Shown here piece by piece: positions 1 to 11,500 of a DNA stretch of 64,000 nt. Numbering within the stretch: the first letter of the stretch is position 1; the number at the start of each line of letters is the position of its first letter. The notes below the pieces were generated by a model. That model made no database searches, was not told where the DNA came from, and saw nothing but the letters and a program-made list of their open reading frames with translations. The position numbers and the translations under genes were made by a program. This DNA comes from an uncultured Candidatus Saccharibacteria bacterium (GTDB taxonomy: Bacteria; Patescibacteriota; Minisyncoccia; Minisyncoccales; 2-12-FULL-40-12). The stretch spans positions 2,856-66,855 of the forward strand of contig CAZFEY010000001.1 of NCBI GenBank assembly GCA_964518135.1. Direction: 5' to 3'.

Positions 1-40
1 AGTTTTTATTGCCTTAACCAACATTTTCGTTATATCAAGG

Positions 41-386
41 ATTTCTGCTACCTGGCGTACCAGGTAGTGAAAGTTCAACTTAATTTTTCAGCTTATTTTC
101 GTAGAAATGTTCTTTCAACGTGCGCTTCAACAATCTAGACCCTTGGTTCGTTTTAAGATATTCTTCTCTACGCTTAGCATCTTTATCGTTAAGATACGCC
201 TCATAATGAATCAACTGCCATGGTCTATGTGATTTTGTTGAAAAATTCAATCCGCGATTATGTTCTAAAAACCGTTCTTTTAACTTGGTAGTATAGCCGA
301 TATACAAATCTAAATAATTTCTACTCGACAAAACGTAAACATAATGAAACATAATCGCTGGTGTCGAATTTCTACTACCTGGCGTA
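41..386. mobile_element. GIY-YIG cassette flanked by a 19-bp direct repeat of the rny 3' end
   Basis: atttctgctacctggcgta (41-59) vs atttctactacctggcgta (368-386), 18/19 identical; hairpin ctacctgg-cgta-ccaggtag at 48-67. Confidence 0.6.
80..352 (-). CDS. Small standalone GIY-YIG endonuclease
   Basis: YVYVL...LYIGYT..L.ER..EHN.G...ST...RPW.LIHYE...A.RRE..LK motif. Confidence 0.9.
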   Translation of the reverse strand: MFHYVYVLSSRNYLDLYIGYTTKLKERFLEHNRGLNFSTKSHRPWQLIHYEAYLNDKDAKRREEYLKTNQGSRLLKRTLKEHFYENKLKN

Positions 387-1904
387 TTCTATAATTTTCT
401 TTTCTCGAATCAAATTAACTTTTATTTCACCCGGGTACTTCAACTCATCTTGAATTCTGTCAGCTATCTCTCGAGCCATTTTCTTGGCAGCGTAATCATC
501 AATTTCATCCGGCCTTACAAAAATCCTGATTTCGCGCCCCGCTTGAATAGCATAACTTTTATCAACACCCGAAAAAGAATTGGCAATGGCTTCCAAATCG
601 CCCAGTCTCTTTAGATAATTTTCAGCAGTATCTTTCCTTGCGCCAGGCCTTGCTCCAGAAATTGCATCTGCTGCATGCACGAGAACTGCTTCTAGATTAC
701 CGTAGGGATATGTTTCGTGATGAGATCTCATTGCTAAGATTATATCCTCTTCAACGTGGAACTTTTCTAAAATTTTCATTCCAATCTCAAGGTGAGATCC
801 TTCGACCTGATGATCAACTGCCTTTCCGATATCGTGCAGAAGTCCTGCTTTTTTAGCCACCTTTACGTTTCCTCCAAGATCAGCCGCCAGAGCCCCGGCA
901 AGGAAGCCCACCTCCATAGAATGCAACAAAACGCTTTGGCCATAGCTTGTGCGAAAGCGTAGTCTGCCAAGCAACTGCACTAATTTTGGGTCAAGATCTA
1001 AAATACCCATTTCGTAAACCGCTTGCTCGCCAGCTTCTTTCATTTGAGAATTTATTTCCTGCTCTGCCCAAACAACCACATCTTCGATCCTGGCAGGTTG
1101 AATTCGACCGTCTTTAATGAGTTTCTCCAAGGCCAACCTTGCTACTTGGCGACGTACTGGGTCAAAAGAAGAAATAATAACTGTCTCTGGCGTATCATCA
1201 ACCATTAACTCCACACCGGTCAACTTTTCAAAAGTTCTAATATTTCTTCCTTCCTTACCGATTATTCTTCCTTTTATTTCCTCTGACGGCAAGCTAATGG
1301 TAGTAGTTGAAAGCTCCTGCGCCTGATGAGCAGAATACCTTTGAATAGCTGTTGCTAACAATTCTTTTGATTTCTTTTCGTAAGCTTCGGCTCCAGCCGT
1401 TTCTAATTTTTTCATTCTTTCCAAGATGTCTTTTTGGTGGTCTTCTTCTATTTTTTCAAATAATTCTTTTTTCGCTTCGTTTTTGGACAATCCAGCTATT
1501 TTTTCCAGCTTCGCCCCTACCCTTTGTTCAGCACCCTCCAGGTTGGCTTTGATTTCTTTTAGCTTCTCTACTTTTTGATTGAAATCAACTTCTTTTCTTT
1601 CAAAGCCGGTTATCTTCTCGCCCAAAAGACTCTCTCTTTCTGTGAGGATTTTTTCTGTTTTGAGAAATTCGTCTCTTTTTACGTCTATCTCTTTTCTAGT
1701 GTCTTCTAGAACCTTACTGGCTTTTTCTTTGGCAGAAGCCAAAATAGATTCAGCTTCTTCTCTTGTTAGCTGAATTTTCTTCTGTAGTTTCGCCTCTATT
1801 GTGCGATGATCTCTTCTGGCTAGTGTTTGACGAGCGTAATAACCGGCAAAGACTCCCACAATTACAAAAGCCGTGCCTAAAAACGACAAAATTAATGGAT
1901 TCAT
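375..1904 (-). CDS. rny: Ribonuclease Y
   Basis: N-terminal TM helix, coiled coil, KH motif KGRIIGKEGRNIR, HD motif LLHDIGK, C-terminal EYAR. Confidence 0.97.
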   Translation of the reverse strand: MNPLILSFLGTAFVIVGVFAGYYARQTLARRDHRTIEAKLQKKIQLTREEAESILASAKEKASKVLEDTRKEIDVKRDEFLKTEKILTERESLLGEKITGFERKEVDFNQKVEKLKEIKANLEGAEQRVGAKLEKIAGLSKNEAKKELFEKIEEDHQKDILERMKKLETAGAEAYEKKSKELLATAIQRYSAHQAQELSTTTISLPSEEIKGRIIGKEGRNIRTFEKLTGVELMVDDTPETVIISSFDPVRRQVARLALEKLIKDGRIQPARIEDVVVWAEQEINSQMKEAGEQAVYEMGILDLDPKLVQLLGRLRFRTSYGQSVLLHSMEVGFLAGALAADLGGNVKVAKKAGLLHDIGKAVDHQVEGSHLEIGMKILEKFHVEEDIILAMRSHHETYPYGNLEAVLVHAADAISGARPGARKDTAENYLKRLGDLEAIANSFSGVDKSYAIQAGREIRIFVRPDEIDDYAAKKMAREIADRIQDELKYPGEIKVNLIREKKIIEYAR

Positions 1905-2076
1905 GAGTGAATTTTAGAGTTTGGGTATCTGACATTTAAGAAAATTGATTATGTTAATACCAAAAACTAATTAAAACAACTTGATAATTTCGATAAATAA
2001 ATCTTAGCAAAAAAAGGCGGGGGAGTCTACCCGGTAGTAGCCCCGCCATCTTTCGCACTATGCTTGCTATTTTCTA

Positions 2077-2658
2077 TTATTTTATCTTAATAACTTCATC
2101 AATGATCCCGTAGTCCTTAGCTTCTGGTGCTGATAAATAAAAATCTCTGTCAGTATCTTTTTCAATCTTATCGAGTGGCTGATTTGTGTGTTTTGCCAGA
2201 ATTTTATTGAGTTTTTCTTTGATTTTAACTATTTGCTTAGCCGTAATTTCAATTTCTATTGCCGCTCCCGTAGCCCCTCCCATAACTTGATGTAAAAGAA
2301 TCTCAGAGTTAGGTAGGGCGAAGCGCTTACCTTTTTGACCAGCTGCCAATATGGTGGCTGACATGGAAGCTGCCATACCTATGCAAACCGTTGAAACATC
2401 TGGTTTCACATATTGCATCGTATCATAAACCGCCAATCCCGCTGTTACCGACCCTCCCGGGCTATTAATATACAGTCTGATATCTTTATTAGGATCTTGA
2501 CTTGAGAGAAAAAGCAATTGAGCGATGACTGAATTCGCCAAGACATCTGTAACCGGTCCTGCCAAAAAAATAATTCTTTCTTTTAAAAGCCTGGAATAAA
2601 TATCGTAAGCTCTTTCTCCGTATTGGCCTTTTTCAATAACCGTAGGGATTAAATTCAT
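2077..2658 (-). CDS. clpP: ATP-dependent Clp protease proteolytic subunit
   Basis: [30 protein letters not shown] motifs. Confidence 0.98.
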   Translation of the reverse strand: MNLIPTVIEKGQYGERAYDIYSRLLKERIIFLAGPVTDVLANSVIAQLLFLSSQDPNKDIRLYINSPGGSVTAGLAVYDTMQYVKPDVSTVCIGMAASMSATILAAGQKGKRFALPNSEILLHQVMGGATGAAIEIEITAKQIVKIKEKLNKILAKHTNQPLDKIEKDTDRDFYLSAPEAKDYGIIDEVIKIK

Positions 2659-2711
2659 ATAGTAAATATATAATTAATATAGCAGCAAATTTGATACAGG
2701 TAAAATTTTTA

Positions 2712-4031
2712 TTACTTCTCGGCTATGGCTTCTTTGTTATCTTTATCTTCTTTTTTCTTCTCTGATTTTTTCTTGGTTGTAGTTTTTTTGGTTTTTTTCT
2801 TTTCTGTGGTCTTCTCTTCTTTTTCTATCTTTTCTTTTTTTTCTTTCTCTGCTTCCTCTTCCTCTATTTCTTCTTCTATGTCTCCTGCCTGCTCTGCAGA
2901 TCTTACATCAATTTTCCAACCAGTTAATTTTGCGGCCAAACGAACGTTCTGCCCATCTCTACCAATAGCTAAGGACAACTGATCATCTGGCACAATCACC
3001 AAAGCCTTATTTCTTGGCAAGATTTTTACCTCTAAAACTTTGGCTGGGGCAATAGAATTAGCTATGAATTTTTCCGGATCGTCCGAATACTCAATGATGT
3101 CTATTTTTTCTCCACCCAATTCGCTTATTATGGCAGTAACCCTGGCTCCCCTCTGACCAACGGCGGAGCCAATTGGGTCTATGCTTTCTTCTGTAGAAAA
3201 CACGGCTATTTTTGATCTAAATCCAGCCTCCCTTGCGATGGCTCTTATTTGTACTTGACCGGCTGAAATTTCCGGTACTTCCAATTCGAAAAGTTTTGAA
3301 ACAAGTTTTGGATAAGCCCTGGACAAGAAAATCACGGGGCCTTTCGGGCTTTCTTCTGCTTTTAACAAAAATAATTTCAATCGCTGTCCTTGTCTGTAAA
3401 ATTCTCCCGGAACCTGTTCTTCTTTGGTCAAAATGCCTAAAGTTTTTCCAATATCTAAAAATATATTTCTTCCTTCAATTCTCTGTACAATCCCGGAAAC
3501 TATTTCTCCTTCCTTAGAGCGATATTCACCCAAAATAGTTTCTCTTTCAGCTTCTTTTATTTTCTGCAGAATTACCTGTTTGGCCGTTTGAGCAGCGATT
3601 CTACCATAATTACCTTTGGATTCTAGGGAACTTTCCAATTCTTCTCCTGGTTTAATTTTGGGATTAATTTTCTTTGCCTCGTCTAGCATTATATGTCTTT
3701 CGGGATTAAACCTAACCTTTTTAGCAACTCCTTCCTCCTCTTCTCTTGTTTCCATTCTTTCGTCTTGATCTAATTCTTGGGACATCTGTTCGAGTTCCTC
3801 TTCAGAATAAATCATTGATTCGTCAACCACGATTTTCACCTGCCAAAATTTAACGTCCCCAGTTTCCATATTCATCTTTGCCTTTACGATCTGTCCTTTT
3901 TTGCCGTAATCTTTTTTGTAAGCCACAGCCAAAGCCGACTCAATTGTTTCAATGATTTTCTCTGTGGGAATTTCTTTTTCCTCTGCGATCTGCGCAATAG
4001 CAGAAATGAATGCTTTAATGTCTAATTCCAT
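2712..4031 (-). CDS. nusA: Transcription termination/antitermination factor NusA
   Basis: GRIAAQTAKQVI, AIAREAG.RSKIAV, LSLAIGRDGQNVRLAAKLTGWKIDV; charged C-terminal tail. Confidence 0.97.
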   Translation of the reverse strand: MELDIKAFISAIAQIAEEKEIPTEKIIETIESALAVAYKKDYGKKGQIVKAKMNMETGDVKFWQVKIVVDESMIYSEEELEQMSQELDQDERMETREEEEGVAKKVRFNPERHIMLDEAKKINPKIKPGEELESSLESKGNYGRIAAQTAKQVILQKIKEAERETILGEYRSKEGEIVSGIVQRIEGRNIFLDIGKTLGILTKEEQVPGEFYRQGQRLKLFLLKAEESPKGPVIFLSRAYPKLVSKLFELEVPEISAGQVQIRAIAREAGFRSKIAVFSTEESIDPIGSAVGQRGARVTAIISELGGEKIDIIEYSDDPEKFIANSIAPAKVLEVKILPRNKALVIVPDDQLSLAIGRDGQNVRLAAKLTGWKIDVRSAEQAGDIEEEIEEEEAEKEKKEKIEKEEKTTEKKKTKKTTTKKKSEKKKEDKDNKEAIAEK

Positions 4032-4234
4032 ATTTTCTAATTTTCGTTTTATTATTAAATCTTTTTTAAGAATAATCTCCCTGTTATTTTTGGGACAAAG
4101 TTCGAAAAAAAGAATAAATCTCTGCGTTGTTTTTTTTGAAACTTCGTTTCAAAAAAAATAGCTCTCTATTTATGAGCTACTGTTATAATAACATCTTATT
4201 AAACAAGTAACTACCTGTCAACTGGCGCAAATTA

Positions 4235-4266
4235 AAAAGCCTCCTTTTAAAGGGAGAGCTTTTTTA
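4235..4266 (-). terminator. Intrinsic terminator after the CsgG-like gene
   Basis: aaaaagcctcctt-ttaa-agggagagcttttt hairpin with A/T tracts on both sides. Confidence 0.55.
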
Positions 4267-4282
4267 CTGGCCGAACAAGAGG

Positions 4283-5080
4283 TTATTCTCTAGCGGGCAC
4301 GGAGGCTGTGGAAAGATATTCCACCATCTGCGACAGAGCGTCATCGAAAGCTATCATCCAGATACTACGGATATCATAGCTCGCATCGCCCAATACAGGA
4401 CCTGTACGCTCCTGAACCGCTGCCTCTACGTAGAATGCTTTTTCAACATCGCCAGAATAGATTTCCTCTAAGGCAAAATCTATTCTGATAGAAGCGTGGC
4501 GCATTCTCACGCCCTGAATCTCAAAGGTAATTGGTCCAAATTGAGGATCGTTCTCGCTTGCCTCATAAAGGGTGACTGTTGCCGAGAAAGTATGAGTCAC
4601 CGGTCGCAGATGTCCCATTCTAGGAGCAGCGACAGGATCAATAAAACCTTCTCTGATCAAATCTTCTTGACGTTGAACATTTCCAAGAAACCTATCCTCC
4701 ATCGATTTAGCAATGACTATATCCATACCCGCGTTATACAGCGCTGTCACCAACATCGCATACAGAACGTCTTTACCGACTCCGGGAATTTCTACTCCCT
4801 CTACCGGCATCACGCCGACGACACGGATTGCTTCTGGCTGATTACGATCTGCGCGCAAAAGCGCGAGCTCGTCGCTTAACTGACCTACCTGGTCAGTAAG
4901 CGCCTGAATTTGCCCCAAGAGCTGCGAGTTGATTCCATCCTCCGAAGTGGAAACCTGAACCGATTCCTGGATCGTCTCGGACGTCGATTCCTCGGCCGAT
5001 TCTTCTCCGTCGGCCCTGGCGGGACAAGCCATAATCATGATTACAATAATCACGACCAATACTAGCACGATACTTTTCAT
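4283..5080 (-). CDS. Secreted protein with possible CsgG/HfaB-like domain
   Basis: Signal peptide, short coiled coil, then pattern reminiscent of CsgG (IDPVAAPRMGHL, SIRIDF.LEEIYSGDV); higher GC than neighbours; strong SD. Confidence 0.5.
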   Translation of the reverse strand: MKSIVLVLVVIIVIMIMACPARADGEESAEESTSETIQESVQVSTSEDGINSQLLGQIQALTDQVGQLSDELALLRADRNQPEAIRVVGVMPVEGVEIPGVGKDVLYAMLVTALYNAGMDIVIAKSMEDRFLGNVQRQEDLIREGFIDPVAAPRMGHLRPVTHTFSATVTLYEASENDPQFGPITFEIQGVRMRHASIRIDFALEEIYSGDVEKAFYVEAAVQERTGPVLGDASYDIRSIWMIAFDDALSQMVEYLSTASVPARE

Positions 5081-5105
5081 TGTTATCGCGCCTCCTTATT
5101 TAGAT

Positions 5106-5151
5106 TTAGGTTACTATATTAATTATAGCACACTTTATTAATTGATGTCAA
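5106..5151 (-). promoter_or_regulatory. Sigma70 promoter with extended -10
   Basis: TTGACA-N17-TATAAT with TG extension on the minus strand. Confidence 0.7.
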
Positions 5152-5153
5152 GC

Positions 5154-5546
5154 CTACTGGTAAGCATCGGCATTTTCGAAAAAAGAGATCTCTTGCTGTT
5201 TTTGATTATCGTCAAGCTCAATCGCAATAATATCAATTTGCCAAGGATTATCTAACGCAATTTTGTTTTGTATTAACCAGCACTCGGCGGCTTTTGCGAT
5301 TTTTTTTCTCTTTATCAAATCAACTCTATCTTCTGGAAAGAAAACATTTTCCCTGTTAGTAAAAGAGGTTTTTACCTCAACAAAATTAATGACATCATCT
5401 TTTTTACAGACGATGTCAATTTCCCCGGTTTGAGGACCGGCCAAAAAACCAACCTTAAAATTTTTATCTAAAATTTTATATCCCTTACCTTGAAGATAAT
5501 CCAAAGCAATTTTTTCGCCCAGAATACCAATTTCTTTTCCATTCAT
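5154..5546 (-). CDS. yraN: YraN family (UPF0102) nuclease-fold protein
   Basis: G..GE.IA..YL..KGY.IL..NF, GEIDIV, FVEVKT; start taken at MNGKEIG. Confidence 0.88.
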   Translation of the reverse strand: MNGKEIGILGEKIALDYLQGKGYKILDKNFKVGFLAGPQTGEIDIVCKKDDVINFVEVKTSFTNRENVFFPEDRVDLIKRKKIAKAAECWLIQNKIALDNPWQIDIIAIELDDNQKQQEISFFENADAYQ

Positions 5547-5553
5547 AACACAA

Positions 5554-8500
5554 CTAAATCGCGAATCTATTCTGAATGACTCCCGATTTAACATTCATGA
5601 CTTTCGAAGTAAAGATGTGGGAATAAGAGCCGTCGTCATTTTTCTTTTCGATCTTAAGGTAATATTTGCCTGGCGGAACAAGAATATAATATCTTCCATA
5701 TTGATTAGCGACTCTTTTTACCATCTCTTTGTCAACATCGGCATTAAATATTCTTAATATCGCAAATGACAAGGGAAGTCCGGTATCTTTTTCCGATAAA
5801 GTTCCAAAGGTTCTTGTTTTGATATTTAAAGATATAAGCACGCCCAAAAGCATATACAAAAGAACCACGATCAGGTTTGCGCGCTCGGGAGCCAAAAGAA
5901 CGCTTACTATTGCCGAGGCAAAACCAACAACAAATAAAATATCTGCCAACTGCCTAAAAGTAATTTCTGTTTGAGAATAAAGTTTCATCAAATTCTTTTG
6001 CTTTTTGGCAAATTCATTCCAGTCGAACTTTTCTCTATCTAACGGAATGTCTCTCGCGACAACGTCTCCTTTTTCACCCACCTCAACTTCGCCACCAAAA
6101 TAAAGATTACTATATATTTCATCGTTGCTTCTGCCGTAAAGTGCTTTTGATGGGAATTTATAGTGGGTTTTATTGGCTACCATGGTGTATTTACCAGGTT
6201 CTGCCAAAAATCCATACCGACCATCCAAATCAGTAATCGACGTGGTTACCTCCTCGCCTTTTTCGTTCTGTAACATTACATAGGCTGGGTCTAATGGCTG
6301 TTTTGTGATTGAGTCATAAACGGTACCCCAACCTTTGCTCTTACGCTTTAATCCAAACGCAATCATAAGCGATGACAGTAATCTTAGAAGTTGCAAGCCC
6401 CAATTAGCCGGTGAAATCGGTATAAACCCAATTAATCCCAACCCACTCACAATCAATCCAGTCATTGCAATTGCCTTGGCAGTATCCTCTGCTGCGGGAC
6501 TATTTAACCAGCCACGGACAATATCAATAATACCTTTCTGCTCTTCTTCCTCTTCTGGAACTGCTGGCACGCATCTCTCCTCGGTCCATTCTTCTATGGA
6601 AATATATTCTTGTTCGATCTCACACCATTGAGTACCCGGAGGAACACATCTGTCCACCGTCCACTCTTCTTCTGGCATATATCTTTGTTCAACTTCGCAC
6701 CATCTCGCTCCGTCGGTAACACATCTCCTTTCGGTCCAATCTTGTTCTGGTATATACTGCCTTTCTTTCATGCACCACTTAAGAATAGGAGTTATACACC
6801 TTCCTTCGGTCCACTGTTCTATCGGTATGTATTGTTTTTCCGCTCCGCACCATTTGGTGCCCGGGGGAGTACAACGTTCTTCTGTCCAATCTTGCTCTGG
6901 AATAAAATGCTGTTCAAACTCACACCACTTAGCGCCTTCGGGCACGCATCTCTCCTCGGTCCATTCGTCTTGAGGTATAAACCTTTGTTCGTCTTCGCAC
7001 CATACTGTTAATGGCGGAGGGACGCATCTATCAACGCTCCATTCTTCTTCGGGTATGAATTGCTGCTCGGCTTCGCACCAAAGAGTTCCGTCAGGCGCGC
7101 ATCTTTCCTCGGTCCATTCGTCTTGAGGTATAAATTGTTGTTCTTTCTCACACCATTGATTTACCGGCCCTCCACCACCTCCAGGGACATCACACCTTGC
7201 GCTTGTCCATTCTCCTTGAGGTATAAAAGCATTTTCTTTGACGCACCAGGTCATCACCGCAGCTGGGAACCAATTAATGTTATTGCCATTATCTACAAAA
7301 TGAACTGGATCAATCGGCAGAGCCGCTTGGTTAACCGAATTCCCAACGTTCACGAAATCAACATTCCAAGCAGCAGGATTAATATTCCATTGGTCAGCTC
7401 CGGCTCCTCCTGCTCTCTCAAGGTTAATATTGTTTCCAGCCGCTCCAGCAATTTCCCAACTAGCCGGGCTTGTAATTGTTTGAGTGGAGTCTGATTGGAA
7501 AGCCAAAGTTTTGCCCGGTGTCGTGCAGCTAAAATTCCAAAAAGTAGAGTTACCACTGATGGTTGAGGTTTGGGTCGCATCATTAAAGGTAACTGTGTTA
7601 TTGCTATGAGAAAATATTCCATTCTTAGTCCAATTACTACCCAAAGTGATATTTTTACCATCGGCATTAAGATTTGCGGCGGCATCTATTGTTAGACTGC
7701 CAGTTAAAGCATTGGCTCCGGTCAGATTTCCCACCGGAACATATGTTTCAGCTCCGGAAAACTGAATTGAATTATAGGTGGTGGTTGTAACATTAATATT
7801 TCCCGCAGCATTCGTTGCTGAATACTGAACAGTGGAATTAGTTCCAGGAGTCAAAGTGCCATTAACAGTTAAAACTGTTGCTACGGCTCCGGCATTGGCA
7901 AGGTTCAATATGTACCCATTAGAGGCGAGATCCAACGTATTGTTAGCATTAACGGTCATTATGTCCGCAGTCATTGAGGAAGCCAAGGTCAGCTCATTTC
8001 CTGCTCCTCCGCCAATAACTACTGCTCCAATATTTTGCTTAACCGCTGTGGAGTCGGTGTAGTTATTGTCTTCGACTCCATCAAAAGTTAAAGTTCCTCC
8101 TTTAGTGTAGGTAGTGCCTGCGTCTAAAGTAAAGTTGCCGGCATAATTCTGGCTCAAAGCATTGGTGTCAAAAGTACCAGCTGATTGTAAAAAATTTCCA
8201 TCAACATCTAAAGCATTGTTGGTTAATTGTAGGATTCCGGCTCCGGAGTGGGTTAGATGATTGAAAAGGAATCCCGCTCCTACTCCTCCGGAGTCCAGGG
8301 CTTGGGTGCCGGCGGCAGCGCTAAAAGTAACAAGACCCTCTCTTGGAGTAAATGTTCCATTATTATCCCAATTACCGGCCAGAGTAATATTATAATCACC
8401 ACCAAAAACAGCATCTAGGGTAGCGCCGTTATCAATGGTTAAGCTTCCCGTTAAAGCATTTGCGCCAGTATGATTACCTTCTAAAATATAAGTTTCAGCG

Positions 8501-11500
8501 CCAGAAAGTTGTAAGCTACTATAGGGCGTAATGGTAACGGTTATATTTATAGCGCCATTCACTCCTGAATATTGTACCGTAGAGGTGCCAGGATTAAGAG
8601 TCCCGGTTACTCTTAGTACGTGTGCGATTTCTGCAGGGTCAGCCCAAATACCACTAGATCCGCCTGCTAAATTTAAAGTATAGCTACCTACACCTAGATT
8701 TAAGGTAGTGCTAACATCTAAGGAATTCACGGTCATCGAAGAAGCCAATGTAATTTCCTTTCCAACGCCACCCCCAATAATAACCTCTCCGATATCTTGT
8801 TTTACAGCTGTTGAGTCCGTATAAATTGCCGTATCTGTTGCTCCATCAAAAGTTAGAGTTCCGCCTTTGGTATAAGTAGTGTCTGCATCAAGAGTAAAAC
8901 TGCCAGCGTAGTTTTGGTCTAAAGCGTTAGTATTAAAGGTACCTGCCTGAAGGCGAAAATTGCCATCCACATCAAGAGGACTGTTGGCAAGAGTTAACAT
9001 CCCGCCTCCTGTATAATCTATGGTTAGATTCCAAAAAGCGCTTGCTCCAGGGTCTAGGAGTGGAAAGGGCGGAGGAGCGCCGGGATAATCAAAAACAACT
9101 GTATTGTTGCCATGGGTGAAAATAGCTGAATTTGCCCAACCGCTACCACCACCAACATACATATCCTGCCCGTTAGCATTAAATATGCCTGCCGAATTAA
9201 TAAAACCACCATCTATGTCAACCGCATTCGTAATGAGTCTCAATGTTCCATCGCCAGAGTGAGTAAGACCATTAAAAGATTTGCCAGCGCCCACTCCTCC
9301 GGAATTCAAATCTTGAGTTCCAACTCCGGCATTAAAAGTAACAGTATTAGACCTTGGGGTAAATGTTCCGGCATTAGACCAATTACCAGCCAAAGTAATG
9401 TTGTAGTTTTGACCATCAACAGCGTCTAAGGTAGCGCCACTATCAATTGTTAAACTTCCAGTCAAAGCATTGCCGCCCGTAAGATTACCTAAAAGTTCAT
9501 AGGTTTCAGCTCCAGAAAACTGCAAAGAGTTATAAGTCGTAGTAGTAACCTCGATATTGTTGCCTACGATAACTCCGGAATATTTCACCGTGGAAGTACC
9601 CGGCGTAAGAGTACCTATTACGATTAGTGAATCCCCGACCCCATCCCCATGAACAGCAGCCGTAAGAACACCTTGTAAATCTAAGGTGTAGTTATTAGAA
9701 TTTAAATCTAAAACATTGTCTATGTTGATAGTCATCGTATCCACGGTCATACTGGATAGTAAAGTAAGCTGATTGTCTGGAGGGGCGGCGGCGGCGGACA
9801 ACAACCTAACCGTCCCTATGTTTTGTTTTGTGTCATTGGAATCAGTATAGGTTATCCCGAGACCATGATTAAAGGTAACTGTTCCGCCCTTAGTGTAAGT
9901 AGTGTTGGCTAAAAGCTCAACATCGCCAGAAAAAACTTGGCTCAATCCATTAGCATCGAAAGTTCCTCCTTGAAGCGAAAAAGTCCCATCTACATCTAAT
10001 AAGTTGGTGTCAAGTTGTTTAATTCCAGCGTTGCTTAAAGTAAGGTTATAAAAACTACTATTTGGACCGTTGTCTATGGTTTGAGTTCCAGCTGCGGCGT
10101 TGAAGGTAACTGTGCCACTTCCGGGAGTAAAAACCCAATTATTATCCCAATTGCCAGCTAAAGTAATTCCGTAGTTTTGAACGACATCAGCGCTCAAAGT
10201 TGAAACATTATCTATGGTTATATTTCCGGTTAAAGCGTTGGCGCCTGTTAAATTGCCCAATAATACATAAGTCTCGGCGCCAGAAACCTGAAGAGAATTG
10301 TAGGTGGTATTGGTAACTAGCATATTGCCCCCTCCAAAAACCGCTGAATACTTCACCGTGGAGGTTCCGGGAGTAAGGGTTCCGTCAACACGCAGCGAAT
10401 CCCTCTCGGCTGGATGCCCTGGCAGGGGCACTAAAAACACATCTTTTAAATCTAAAACATAACTATTCGAACCTAAATCGAGAGTGTTGTCGGCATCAAT
10501 CAACATTGTGTCCACGGTCATATTAGACGCAAGAGTAATCTTTTTCCCTGCTCCGCCACCGATAACAACGGTCCCAATATTTTGTGTCGCGGCCGTGGAA
10601 TCGGTATAAATCGCAGTATCTGTCGCTCCATCAAAGGTTAAAGCACCTCCTTTGGTATAACCAGTACCCAAATCCAAAGTAAAGCCACCTGCGTAATTTT
10701 GGTTTAGAGCGTTAGCGTTAAAGGTTCCATCCTGGAGACGGAAGTTGCCATCTACATCGAGATTATTGGTATCGAGAGCTATACTTCCACCTGCTCCGCT
10801 AAGATTTATGGTAAGATGCCAAAAAGAACTTGAACCGTTATTTAAGGTGTATACTGCGATTTCTGTACCATTGAATTCAACTGTGCTTGAACCGGGAGTA
10901 AAGGTACCGGAATTAGACCAGTTTCCTGAAAGAGTAGCAGTATAAGTTTCAGCGTTAAAATTTGCGCCGGCCTGGATAGTAACATCGTCAGAAATTAAGT
11001 TACCGCCCGGGGTATAAGTTTTATTCGTCCAGACAATAAAATCAACTCCCGCATCTAATGTTAGATCGCTACCAGCCACCGAAAAAGGAACTGCTAGCCC
11101 GCCTTCGCCAGTAGAAAAATCTGCATTTGTTATTGGCCCCGCTGTTTCATGTCTGGCAGTAACAGTATCAAGGCTGGAAACTGTAAAATCAGCTATGTTT
11201 GTGGTAGTCGTTGCAACAGTAACTATAGCCACATCTTCGCCAGCGCCGCCCGAGTAAAAAGTAATAATATCGCCATCGCTAAAATAATGCTGCATTGTAA
11301 AGGTAATGTTGGCGCCTGCCAATATATCGGATGTTGCTGGCACCAAGCTAGTGGGTAAACCCCCATTTATCGCTATTGTCGTGTCATTTAAATTATCTCC
11401 GCTATTATTAAATACAGTAATGTCTATCTGAAAAAGCCAATTGGTATTATTGTCAGAGTTAGTTGAGGTAATAGCCGTAACGGTTCCACCATTAATACTG

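Noticed and set aside
6565-7248. CRISPR array
   Set aside because: Repeats are in-frame, vary at synonymous positions and have no unique spacers; no cas genes.
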